DNA of 64,000 nucleotides from Candidatus Zixiibacteriota bacterium (GTDB lineage: Bacteria; Zixibacteria; MSB-5A5; GN15; JAAZOE01). The DNA lies in NCBI GenBank assembly GCA_043819555.1, contig JBDREQ010000020.1:22690-86689 (forward strand), written 5' to 3'. The notes beneath the pieces are model-generated. The model had not been told where the DNA came from. It saw only the letters and a program-made list of their open reading frames with translations, and searched no databases. Positions 29,710 to 38,622 of this stretch are shown here, piece after piece (positions within the stretch are counted from its first letter, which is position 1; each line of letters begins with the position of its first letter). Position numbers and translations under genes: made by a program.

Positions 29710-30798
29710 ATGCCCAAAATTGATCAGTTACTAAAAATTGTAAAACAGGCAAACGCATCGGATCTTCATTTGAATGTTGGTACCGTACCTATAGTTAGAG
29801 TAAATGGCCAGCTTGAGAAAACTCGAACAAACAAATTAACAGAAGAGAGCATTCGTCAACTAATTTATGAAATCCTCACTGACAGCCAGATTAAACAATT
29901 CCAAAAAACAGGCGATCTTGATTTTTCTTATGGGTTGACGGATCTGGCAAGGTTCCGTTTAAATATCTATAGAACTTTTCATGGTATTGGAGCGGCAATT
30001 CGATTAATAAATGAAGATATTACAGATCTGCGCACTTTGGGATTCAGTGATTCATTAGCCAGATTGACTGAAAATAAATCCGGAATTGTTCTGGTCACTG
30101 GCCCAACCAACAGCGGTAAGACGACGACTCTTGCAGCGATGGTTGATAATATTAATACCCATTTTTCCAGGCATATTATAACGCTGGAAGATCCTATCGA
30201 AATAGTCCACGAAAATAAGAATTCCTTGATATCACAACGCCAGATCGGCCTACATTCCGATTCATTTCCCAAAGCATTACGGGCGGCATTGCGGGAAGAT
30301 CCTGATGTCATTTTGGTTGGTGAGATGCGTGATACCGAAACAATCTCGCTGGCTATTACAGCCGCCGAAGTAGGGCTTCTTGTGCTGGGAACGCTTCACA
30401 CGCGGACTGCCGCCACAACGATAAATCGCATCATTGATGTATTTCCGCCGGAGCAACAGCAGCAAACACGTATTATGCTGGCCGATACGCTGATGGGCGT
30501 GGTATCCCAGCAATTGGTCAGGAAAGCCGATGGATCTGGCAGGACGGTTGCTTTCGAACTCTTAATAAGAACAACTTCACTCGTAAGCCAGATTCGAGAT
30601 GCCAAAACTCATCAGATACCGACCACAATCCAGACCGGACGCAAGCAGGGAATGCAACTTCTTGATAATCATTTGAGAGAACTAACCGAGACTGGAATTA
30701 TAACGACCGAGGAGGCCATGCGAATTGCCACTGAACCATCACAATTTATGGCGTCATCGAACACCGGGAAATTAGTTCAGGAGCTGACACAGGTTTGA
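29710..30798 (+). CDS. pilT: PilT/PilU-family type IV pilus ATPase
   Basis: ASDLHL, GPTNSGKTTT, TLEDPIE, ALREDPDVILVGEMRD and GTLHT motifs; the AIRNLIRE motif is degenerate. Confidence 0.88.
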   Translation: MPKIDQLLKIVKQANASDLHLNVGTVPIVRVNGQLEKTRTNKLTEESIRQLIYEILTDSQIKQFQKTGDLDFSYGLTDLARFRLNIYRTFHGIGAAIRLINEDITDLRTLGFSDSLARLTENKSGIVLVTGPTNSGKTTTLAAMVDNINTHFSRHIITLEDPIEIVHENKNSLISQRQIGLHSDSFPKALRAALREDPDVILVGEMRDTETISLAITAAEVGLLVLGTLHTRTAATTINRIIDVFPPEQQQQTRIMLADTLMGVVSQQLVRKADGSGRTVAFELLIRTTSLVSQIRDAKTHQIPTTIQTGRKQGMQLLDNHLRELTETGIITTEEAMRIATEPSQFMASSNTGKLVQELTQV

Positions 30799-32936
30799 AG
30801 ACAGTCCAGACAAAAAGAAAGAGATTGGATGAAATCCTCCTGGCGGAGGGAAACATCGATCAGGAACAGATTCTTGAAGCGCTTATGCGCCAGAAAGCTC
30901 ATGGCGGCAGATTTGGTACTCAGCTACTTTATTATCGTTATGTTGATGAACGCAACCTGGTAAGAGCTTTAACCATCCAGCTAAACTGTGCCGGTATAGT
31001 TCTGTCGGATACCAAAATCGATGAAAATGTCATAAAAATGCTGCCGGTCAAACACGCAGTTGCAAGAAAGATTATACCATTTAAGTATGATGAAAAATCA
31101 AACACTCTAAGTATCGCATGTGAAGATCCGACTGATCTAACCCTCATCAACGATACAAATTACCTGGTACAAGGTAAAAATATAAAGCTCTACGTTGCTA
31201 CCGAATTGGCGATTGATGCGGCGATCAACAAATACTATCTTGGCCGTGATATCAATCTTGAGGATAGTCTGTCGCTGGAATTGCCAGACCTGACTCTTAT
31301 AAATGATTTGCCAGATGAATCGGACGATGAAAGAATCCGCAGGGATAAACAAGCCCCAGGCAAGTCAGTATTGATAATTACTGATGAGGAATACTCCGGA
31401 TCGCTCTTTCAGAGTGTTCTTGAACGGGATAAATTCGAAGTTGCGATCTATGATACTTGTGATAAGGCCTTGACTTTAATTGAAGAACGAAACTTTCACG
31501 CAATCCTGATAAAAAAATCAGTTCCCGATGATCATAAAAAACTTACTGATCGGTTGAGGAAAATATCTCCTCGGACAAAGATTAGATTATTCGATACTTC
31601 GTCGTCGCTTTTATGGGATGATCAGCCGGATAACCTGACAGATTCCATCCTGAGGCAAAATCTCGATTTATTTTTATCAATGATGGCTTCTCGCGAGAAC
31701 ATTAACGAAAACCACAGCGGTACGGTTGGCCGATATGTATATAAACTCTGTTGTAAGCTTGGATTATGCGGTCAGGATCGAGCTGTAATTACAAATGCGG
31801 CATACATTCACGATCTAACCAGATATTATTATCGCGCCAATGACACTTCCGATTATGCGTCACTGATAAAGAAGACTATTAAATTGTCAGAGTCGGTCAA
31901 TTTTCCTCTGGTAATGACTGATATGCTTAAGGCTATGTATCAAGACCTGCGGCCCGAGTATAAGAAAACTCTTCCCCTGGAAATATTGGGAGGAAACATA
32001 CTGACAATTGTTGACCTATTTTGTGAAAATGTTCAGCTTAATCAAAAGCTAACCCTGGAGAAATTTGAGGCTGTAAAAAAACGGCTGCGAGATTATTCAA
32101 ATAAGCTTTTCCTCCCCGATGTGGTAGAAGCGTTTATCGGTATGGTACAGGAGGAAGTCCTGTTTTTCCAAACCTCCGGAATATCCACGCAAATAATGCT
32201 CTACTCGAACGATCAGGAAGCTTCCCATCCCCTTGAACTCAGATTAAAAAACGAAAACTTCATAGTTATTTCAGAATCTTCTTCCGATTCATTCTTAAAC
32301 CTCTATCATCGAAGCCGGCCTGATATCCTGGCATTGGTCATTAAGGGAAACCCCGCTCAAGTATCAAAGAAGATAAACGAATTTAGTCAAAAAGGTGTGA
32401 ACTATAAGCAAACGCCTACAATTCTGCTGGCCGAAACCAGAGTATTATCAGAGGCTGCAACCTTTTTCGATCAGGGGATTAAGGATGTCATTGCACTTGA
32501 TGGCAACCATGATTTACTTGTAGTTCAACTTAAGAAAATACATACAAGACTTATTGAACAAGCTAAGCAGAAAAATGACCCGGATGGGAAATTTGCTGGT
32601 GCCAGCGGACGATTATCAGATATTAATCTTATCGACCTTATACAGGCATTGGGTCCCGGGCGGAAAACCGTCAAGATAACTATTACCGGGGAAACTCTAT
32701 CACAAGATAAAGTGATTATATACCTGAAAAGGGGCAGTATAATCTTCGCCAAAACTAACAGCCTTAGCGGCGCTGATGCAGTTTATGAAGGAATGGCTTG
32801 GACGGATGGTCGGTGGCAGGTTGAACCGGTTGAGGAAACCGATCTTCCTGAACCCAACATTACGCTTTCTAATGACTCCATCCTAATGCAAGGCGCTTAT
32901 CAACTTGATGAAAAGATGAAAGCCGGTAAGCTCTAA
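30795..32936 (+). CDS. Multidomain protein: MshEN/T2SSE-N, REC-like, HD-like, REC-like, DUF4388-like
   Basis: RLDEILLAEG..LEALMRQ..RFG..L; LSIACEDP; AAYIHDL; GRLSDINLIDLIQAL..IYLKRGSIIFA..GADAVYE; TTG start overlaps the pilT stop. Confidence 0.7.
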   Translation: MKTVQTKRKRLDEILLAEGNIDQEQILEALMRQKAHGGRFGTQLLYYRYVDERNLVRALTIQLNCAGIVLSDTKIDENVIKMLPVKHAVARKIIPFKYDEKSNTLSIACEDPTDLTLINDTNYLVQGKNIKLYVATELAIDAAINKYYLGRDINLEDSLSLELPDLTLINDLPDESDDERIRRDKQAPGKSVLIITDEEYSGSLFQSVLERDKFEVAIYDTCDKALTLIEERNFHAILIKKSVPDDHKKLTDRLRKISPRTKIRLFDTSSSLLWDDQPDNLTDSILRQNLDLFLSMMASRENINENHSGTVGRYVYKLCCKLGLCGQDRAVITNAAYIHDLTRYYYRANDTSDYASLIKKTIKLSESVNFPLVMTDMLKAMYQDLRPEYKKTLPLEILGGNILTIVDLFCENVQLNQKLTLEKFEAVKKRLRDYSNKLFLPDVVEAFIGMVQEEVLFFQTSGISTQIMLYSNDQEASHPLELRLKNENFIVISESSSDSFLNLYHRSRPDILALVIKGNPAQVSKKINEFSQKGVNYKQTPTILLAETRVLSEAATFFDQGIKDVIALDGNHDLLVVQLKKIHTRLIEQAKQKNDPDGKFAGASGRLSDINLIDLIQALGPGRKTVKITITGETLSQDKVIIYLKRGSIIFAKTNSLSGADAVYEGMAWTDGRWQVEPVEETDLPEPNITLSNDSILMQGAYQLDEKMKAGKL

Positions 32937-33017
32937 GTCCTTCAATAATCCGCAAATTTACAATCTCGGACCATTATCTTCTCATACTTTTGGAATTTAA
33001 AGGAACTGAATGATTTT

Positions 33018-33091
33018 TGGCTGGGGGATAGGGATTCGAACCCCAATACTACGGTCCAGAGCCGCATGTCCTGCCGTTGGACGATCCCCCA
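33018..33091 (-). tRNA. tRNA-Gln(CTG)
   Basis: TGGGGGATCGTCCAACGGCAGGACATGCGG-CTCTGGA-CCGTAGTATTGGGGTTCGAATCCCTATCCCCCAGCCA: cloverleaf, CTG anticodon, U1-A72 pair and encoded CCA. Confidence 0.96.
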
Positions 33092-33219
33092 GTAGGATAT
33101 TATTTTTTATCGGTCATTAAAAAAAACTATTTAAGTTTGTACTCAACCGAAGCATAGAATATATTGATAATTTCACGACTGTCAAGATTGATTTCTCAAT
33201 ATAATATGATAATCCGCGC

Positions 33220-33250
33220 AAAAAAACCCGGCCATTTCAACCGGGCTTTT
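33220..33250 (-). terminator. Terminator of the cohesin operon
   Basis: Minus strand GCCCGGTT-GAAAT-GGCCGGGT followed by TTTTTT. Confidence 0.75.
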
Positions 33251-33275
33251 CAAGTTTTTTCTGGCGTATTAATCG

Positions 33276-34034
33276 CTATTTAAGCAATATCATCTGACGG
33301 GATGCGCTTTGATTGTTTCCCGTTAAGCGATAGGTGTAAACGCCGCTGGGGAGATTATCTCCTGAGAATATATACTCATAATTTCCCGCTGGTTTGTGGC
33401 CCAAATCAATTTTCTCAATTACTTGTCCGGAAAGATTAAAAACCTCGAAACTATATTGCCCCGCCTTTTTAACAGTATATAAAAACGTCGTCGATGGATT
33501 AAAGGGATTGGGGTAATTCTGTTCCAGAATAAAATGAGTTGGCAGCACGCCAAATGGATCGTCCACCGATAGGGGGATAAAATCAATATATCCATCCTTA
33601 AGAGTCACGCTTAAAGGAACGCCGATGGAATCAACTAATTCAATAATTCCGGAGAATTTGACATAAGCCGAATCAAGGGCATCCGAAGCTGCTTGAAGAT
33701 TAAACTGAAAAAGCGGTTCCCCGGCCGGAAGAGTCAGAGGTGATGAAAAATCCTCCCAGATGACAAATATTTTTCCGTCGACCACGTTTGTGGTCCACGA
33801 CTGAATATATGATGTTGCCATAGTATGAAACTCAACTTTGGATGCGTCGAATTCAATAAAGATTTGAACTCCAGCCACATCAGTAAAATCTTCTGTCAAT
33901 AGTTTCATCTGGACGATATCCGAAGGCGCCGCCGTCGCACTGGTGATTTCAAGCGTCACCGCAAACGCCGATGATGGGACTACAAGCAGGAGCGCGAAGA
34001 GCAATCCCCAATATTTACGACCCATCTTATTCAT
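33276..34034 (-). CDS. Secreted single-cohesin-like protein with a T9SS-type-A/FlgD-like C-terminal domain
   Basis: Signal peptide; VAGVQIFIEFD...VIWEDF...PLFQFNL...DGYI resembles scaffold cohesins 3 and 4; LEQNYPNPFNP...GVYTYRL...MILLK; GGAGG RBS. Confidence 0.75.
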   Translation of the reverse strand: MNKMGRKYWGLLFALLLVVPSSAFAVTLEITSATAAPSDIVQMKLLTEDFTDVAGVQIFIEFDASKVEFHTMATSYIQSWTTNVVDGKIFVIWEDFSSPLTLPAGEPLFQFNLQAASDALDSAYVKFSGIIELVDSIGVPLSVTLKDGYIDFIPLSVDDPFGVLPTHFILEQNYPNPFNPSTTFLYTVKKAGQYSFEVFNLSGQVIEKIDLGHKPAGNYEYIFSGDNLPSGVYTYRLTGNNQSASRQMILLK

Positions 34035-34110
34035 AAAACCTCCACAGGACAGAGAAATTTATTTTCAAGAGGACCGGTCCCATACCGGCCCTCTTTACTT
34101 TACAAAAGTT

Positions 34111-37100
34111 TTATTTCAAAAGCATCATCTTTTTTGTCTGTTTGAATGTTCCCGACGAGAATTTATATAGATAAATTCCCGAAGTAACGCTCATACCATT
34201 ATCGTCCGTACCATTCCAGACAAATTCAATAATGCCGGCTTCATGATAACCATGAAAAGTTCTAATCTTCTGTCCCATAATATTATAGATATCAAGCGAA
34301 TATTCCCCGGACTCTCTCATGGAAGCCATTATCTTCGTTTCCGGGTTAAACGGATTAGGAATATTCTGTTCGAGACTATACTGGGCCGGGAGCGTGGTTC
34401 CGCTCTTTGTTAATCGGCCATTAATGATATTTAATCGATAGTTGAATCCTGCCTCATCAGCCAATTCGGCACCCGAAATAGTTATTTCACTGGATCCGCC
34501 AAACTCTCCGGTAGTCCTGAACGAGAGTTCCGCAATAGCCTGCGAACCGATAAGATTTAAGGGCGCTTCGAAATCTTCCCATATGAGATGGAAAGCGTTA
34601 TCGGTTCCGTTGAGAGTTGTACCGGACAAGATATCGGAATTGACTCCGGTAAATTGGACTTCATTGCCGTCAAATGAAATGTGAAGTTCAATGCCTGCCA
34701 GGTTTTCGACATCAGAAATATAAATCGGTACTGTGACAATATCATTGGGATGAATAAAAGCCTCTCCAATTTCGATTGTAACCGGTTCCACTGTGGAAAA
34801 TAGTGGCTTGGCCGTCAGCGGAGACCAGGTTGCGTTCACATCACCCAATCTAATTCCATAAAAATGCGGCACAACTATATCTTCGTTAACGATCGAAATA
34901 TTTTTCGATCGCGGCGCCAGCTGCCAGTTAGTCAATGTTATAGCATATGCGCCGTCGATAAAAGTCCAATTTCCGCCGGGAAGAGCTCCCAATTGTGCCA
35001 GATAACGACGGATCGAAATAACATCCGAGACGCTGACCGTATTGGTGAGGTTTACGTCGGCGGCGATTAATTGGTAACCAAGGTTAAATCGCTCAACGTA
35101 GGCTATATGTCGGCGAATTTTAATTACGTCGGCAACTGAAACACCGGGGGCATCCTCATCCAACCATGGTGTTATTGAATATCCGCCGATTTCCAAGTCA
35201 ACAAAGCTATATTCACCGGCTCCATCGGTTATATCCGAGCCGCTCGCTTGTCCGCTTAAATCGACATTAACGCCTTCAATGGGAATGTCATTTCCATAAT
35301 ATACAACCGTTCCCGAAATATCGAACAAGGGATCAATGATTGTAACTTCACCGTTACAGAAACCGAGTGATAAATTCGGGTTGCCAAATTCATCAACAAT
35401 TTCGTTCCCATCAAGCCAGACAATCGGAGATATTTCTCCAACATTGCCAACCGAGGTAAACCAGAGCGTCATCAAAACACCGCCGTCAGGAACGGTAATA
35501 GGATTGCCAATATTATCCCAAATGAAGTGAATATAGCCATTCCCATTGATATCGGACAAGTAACCAATAGTGGCTCCGACCATATAGTTTGAAGTCACCG
35601 AATCAGCCGCCAGAACAGCATTTAAATACGTTAAATGCAATTCCACTCCGGCCACTCCGGCGATTTGATAAGCATACACCGGAACGCCTATTGCCAAACC
35701 TTGAGGCCCGTTAACCTCTGCGATATCAATAGCGCATTCATCACAATTGGCAATATTGAAAGAAAGAGTCAAAACCTGGGGAGAATGAGAAGCGTCAGCA
35801 TTAACGGTTATAGTCGTTTGCTGTGGTCCAAAACTGAGTTCCGCGGTATTAACTTCAAAAGATACAGTCGCGGGGGCGGAACCTGAAGTAGCCGAGAGAG
35901 TAACTCCGGTACCCTCTATCGCGGTCCAATCCATCGCGCCTGTACCGATATTAGAAATATCAAAATCACCGGTCACGATCGTACCCATACATGTATTTCC
36001 GAAATTAATTGAATTTGTCGATAGTGCCAAATCAGGCATTCCATAGACATCAAACAGCACCGGGATTTCAGTCGGGCTGACTAATGAATTGGATGCGAAA
36101 GTAGCCGTTGCAATATGAACCCCTTCAGGTAAACCCGCCGGATTGACACTGAATTCAATGAAATCACCGGACATTCCTGAGGTTGGCGCCAGGGCTACCC
36201 AAAGCGCATCATCGGTTACCGACCAGGCAAGATTGCCATAACATGAATTTGTGATTTCAAAATTCTGAGGCGGGGGAGTCGTTCCAAGTTCGGCGCTGAA
36301 ATAAACTGTATCAACAGGGAAAGTGAAACATGGCAATCCCGTTATATCGATACTACCGGAAAAAAATTCAGTCGCGCGGGAAGATGCATCCGACTGGATA
36401 AATAAAAACTCAAACGCCGGTGGAATAAAAGCGGAATCTATCGGAACCATTTGAGTTGCCGCGGATGGATCAATTGAAAAATACATTTTCGCAAGTAATC
36501 CATTTCCGGTTGCCAAATATGGTTGAGTGATTCGTAATCCCTCAATATTGACAGTGTTGGCATCATTATCTATCGTTGCCAGGTGCTCTTCCCATGATTC
36601 TATGCGGCTTCCTGAAAATGATACCGAATCACAACTGAGGCCGGTTCCATTATACCAAAGTGGAATATTGAAATTACCGATTTCGACAAAATTCTGATAA
36701 TTTAACTCAACCACAACCTGCCCGCCTGCGGTGGCCATGACATTGGATACCCACAGAGTATCAGCGGCCGGTGTGTCATCAATAACTGTCAAATTAATCG
36801 TGACATCCTGGGGAGCATTATCAGTACCGAAATCGGCATTAAATGTTACAACATCGCTGTAATTTCCCGGTGTCAATCCGGTTAAATTGGCAAAAAATGT
36901 AATAGTTCGATTTCCAGTGCCGCTGGTCGGATTGATCGTTAACCAGGCCTCATCCTTGCCGGTGATTGTGAAATTTAAAGTTGGGCCACCGCAATTACTG
37001 ACATTTATTGCGCTATTTAAAATGTCTCCGTCGAATCCGCTGAAATTAATCTCGTTTGCAGAAAGTGCCAAACAAGGCGGGGGTGGGTCTAAAACCAAAG

Positions 37101-37911
37101 TTACAGCTATTTCCTGTGGCGAATTAGTTGCAGCCGGGTCGCTAACAGTAATAGTACCATTGTGAGTGCCTGCCAGTAAGCCAGTCTGATCAATATCGAC
37201 CGTTACCGTGGCCGGACCAGTCCCTGAAGCAGAACTTAGAGTAATCCAGCTGTCAGCTGTGGCGGTCCAGTTTAGCGTAGGGGCGCCGGTATTGGAAATA
37301 TCAAATGTTTGCGATGGGGGCGGAGTTCCATCCTGCACGGCGTTAAAATCAAGCGTGACCGGATCCAGAGCTATCGTTGGGCCAGATACCGGTTCTCCAA
37401 TTGTAATCGTCCCTGTTTTGAACTGTGGTACAAAAGTAGATCCGCCGGTTAAAGCTAATATAAATGGCGAAGATTCATTGTATGAAGTGGAATCCAGAGT
37501 GATTACTTGATCTGCTGCCCCGGGTGCTGGGGTAAACCAAACAGTAAAAATATTTCCCGTTCCAGGCTGCAAATACGCTTCGAATATGATAATTGCCCCG
37601 ACCTGGAATTTTTGGTTAACATTGTCGATTTCTGAAGGCTTATTGCCAACATAATCGATTCGTGAACCGCCAAAAGTAACCGAGTCGCATGTAATGTCGG
37701 GAGAATCCCATATGAATGGCATACCGAAACCGCCCAGTTCTTCATCATTATAAAGTTCGATTGGAACGGAAAAAGGATCGGTGCTTCCGGATGGAATACT
37801 TACCGATTCGACCCAAGCCGTATCGGCGATACCAGGATCTGGAACCGCATATACGGACGCGCCGAGGATAAAAACAGCAACTATGACGAATAAAACAATT
37901 TTATTCCCCAT
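34111..37911 (-). CDS. Scaffoldin-like secreted protein: 4 cohesin-like domains, 4 BACON/Ig-like domains, an atypical dockerin and a T9SS/FlgD-like CTD
   Basis: GGAGG RBS and signal peptide. Internal repeats CDSV.F.GSRI (x2), AG.ELH....IW (x2) and N.G...L.W...W...SG (x4). LEQNIPNPFNP..WNGTDD.G..V.SGIYLY..KKMMLLK at the C-terminus. Confidence 0.78.
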   Translation of the reverse strand: MGNKIVLFVIVAVFILGASVYAVPDPGIADTAWVESVSIPSGSTDPFSVPIELYNDEELGGFGMPFIWDSPDITCDSVTFGGSRIDYVGNKPSEIDNVNQKFQVGAIIIFEAYLQPGTGNIFTVWFTPAPGAADQVITLDSTSYNESSPFILALTGGSTFVPQFKTGTITIGEPVSGPTIALDPVTLDFNAVQDGTPPPSQTFDISNTGAPTLNWTATADSWITLSSASGTGPATVTVDIDQTGLLAGTHNGTITVSDPAATNSPQEIAVTLVLDPPPPCLALSANEINFSGFDGDILNSAINVSNCGGPTLNFTITGKDEAWLTINPTSGTGNRTITFFANLTGLTPGNYSDVVTFNADFGTDNAPQDVTINLTVIDDTPAADTLWVSNVMATAGGQVVVELNYQNFVEIGNFNIPLWYNGTGLSCDSVSFSGSRIESWEEHLATIDNDANTVNIEGLRITQPYLATGNGLLAKMYFSIDPSAATQMVPIDSAFIPPAFEFLFIQSDASSRATEFFSGSIDITGLPCFTFPVDTVYFSAELGTTPPPQNFEITNSCYGNLAWSVTDDALWVALAPTSGMSGDFIEFSVNPAGLPEGVHIATATFASNSLVSPTEIPVLFDVYGMPDLALSTNSINFGNTCMGTIVTGDFDISNIGTGAMDWTAIEGTGVTLSATSGSAPATVSFEVNTAELSFGPQQTTITVNADASHSPQVLTLSFNIANCDECAIDIAEVNGPQGLAIGVPVYAYQIAGVAGVELHLTYLNAVLAADSVTSNYMVGATIGYLSDINGNGYIHFIWDNIGNPITVPDGGVLMTLWFTSVGNVGEISPIVWLDGNEIVDEFGNPNLSLGFCNGEVTIIDPLFDISGTVVYYGNDIPIEGVNVDLSGQASGSDITDGAGEYSFVDLEIGGYSITPWLDEDAPGVSVADVIKIRRHIAYVERFNLGYQLIAADVNLTNTVSVSDVISIRRYLAQLGALPGGNWTFIDGAYAITLTNWQLAPRSKNISIVNEDIVVPHFYGIRLGDVNATWSPLTAKPLFSTVEPVTIEIGEAFIHPNDIVTVPIYISDVENLAGIELHISFDGNEVQFTGVNSDILSGTTLNGTDNAFHLIWEDFEAPLNLIGSQAIAELSFRTTGEFGGSSEITISGAELADEAGFNYRLNIINGRLTKSGTTLPAQYSLEQNIPNPFNPETKIMASMRESGEYSLDIYNIMGQKIRTFHGYHEAGIIEFVWNGTDDNGMSVTSGIYLYKFSSGTFKQTKKMMLLK

Positions 37912-38086
37912 CGCCCACCTCCGGTGAAAGATTAACGGTTTTGTCCCCTAAAAAAGGAAGGGGGATTGGCATCCCTGCATGTATTTTTTCTTAAGACATG
38001 TCTGCCAATAATATAAGGAGGTTTTTTTAAATGTCAACATGCAAAAGTTTGCGGATGTTGTTAAATAAGATAGGCTTTGGGGAAAA

Positions 38087-38479
38087 TCAATAACTCGATT
38101 TCGTTGCGGCCTTTCGCTTTGACAGGATATGGACCGAAAGTAGAACTACTAATATTCCCAAAGCGTCGGCAAAAAAGTCAAAAATATCTGAAAATCTTCC
38201 CGGAATATATGCCTGATGCAGCTCATCCAGACCCGCGAATAGCAAAGAAATTAAAAATGCACTGCGATATAATTTTTTGGGATTCCGGAATACGGATAGT
38301 TTTCCAAGCGACCTCAACGCCAGAAATGCAAAAATAGCATATTCAATAAAATGAGCTATTTTATCTATGAATGTAATTTCAAAATTAGGTGGATTAAAAT
38401 GGGGCACAGAAGAAATGGTGAGAATAAGCAGTGCAAATAAATAAAAAGGAAAATGATACCGCATAAAATCACTAGACAT
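38087..38479 (-). CDS. VanZ family membrane protein
   Basis: DKIAHFIEY and DELHQ..IPGR..DIFDFFADALG motifs. Confidence 0.88.
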   Translation of the reverse strand: MSSDFMRYHFPFYLFALLILTISSVPHFNPPNFEITFIDKIAHFIEYAIFAFLALRSLGKLSVFRNPKKLYRSAFLISLLFAGLDELHQAYIPGRFSDIFDFFADALGILVVLLSVHILSKRKAATKSSY

Positions 38480-38622
38480 AGTCAGACCCTTATAAATAAA
38501 AACGCGGCAATTTAATTCAACTTGATCTAAACTACAATACTTTTCGAAGGATATGGACTTGCCAAATAGCCGCGAAATTTGTAACCTGAGGACTAATTAT
38601 TCCAAATTAAGGATTGAAGCCG

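Noticed and set aside
33018-37911. Genomic island integrated at tRNA-Gln
   Set aside because: No integrase, and I saw no duplicated tRNA 3' end; the cohesin operon lies upstream of the tRNA with its own terminator
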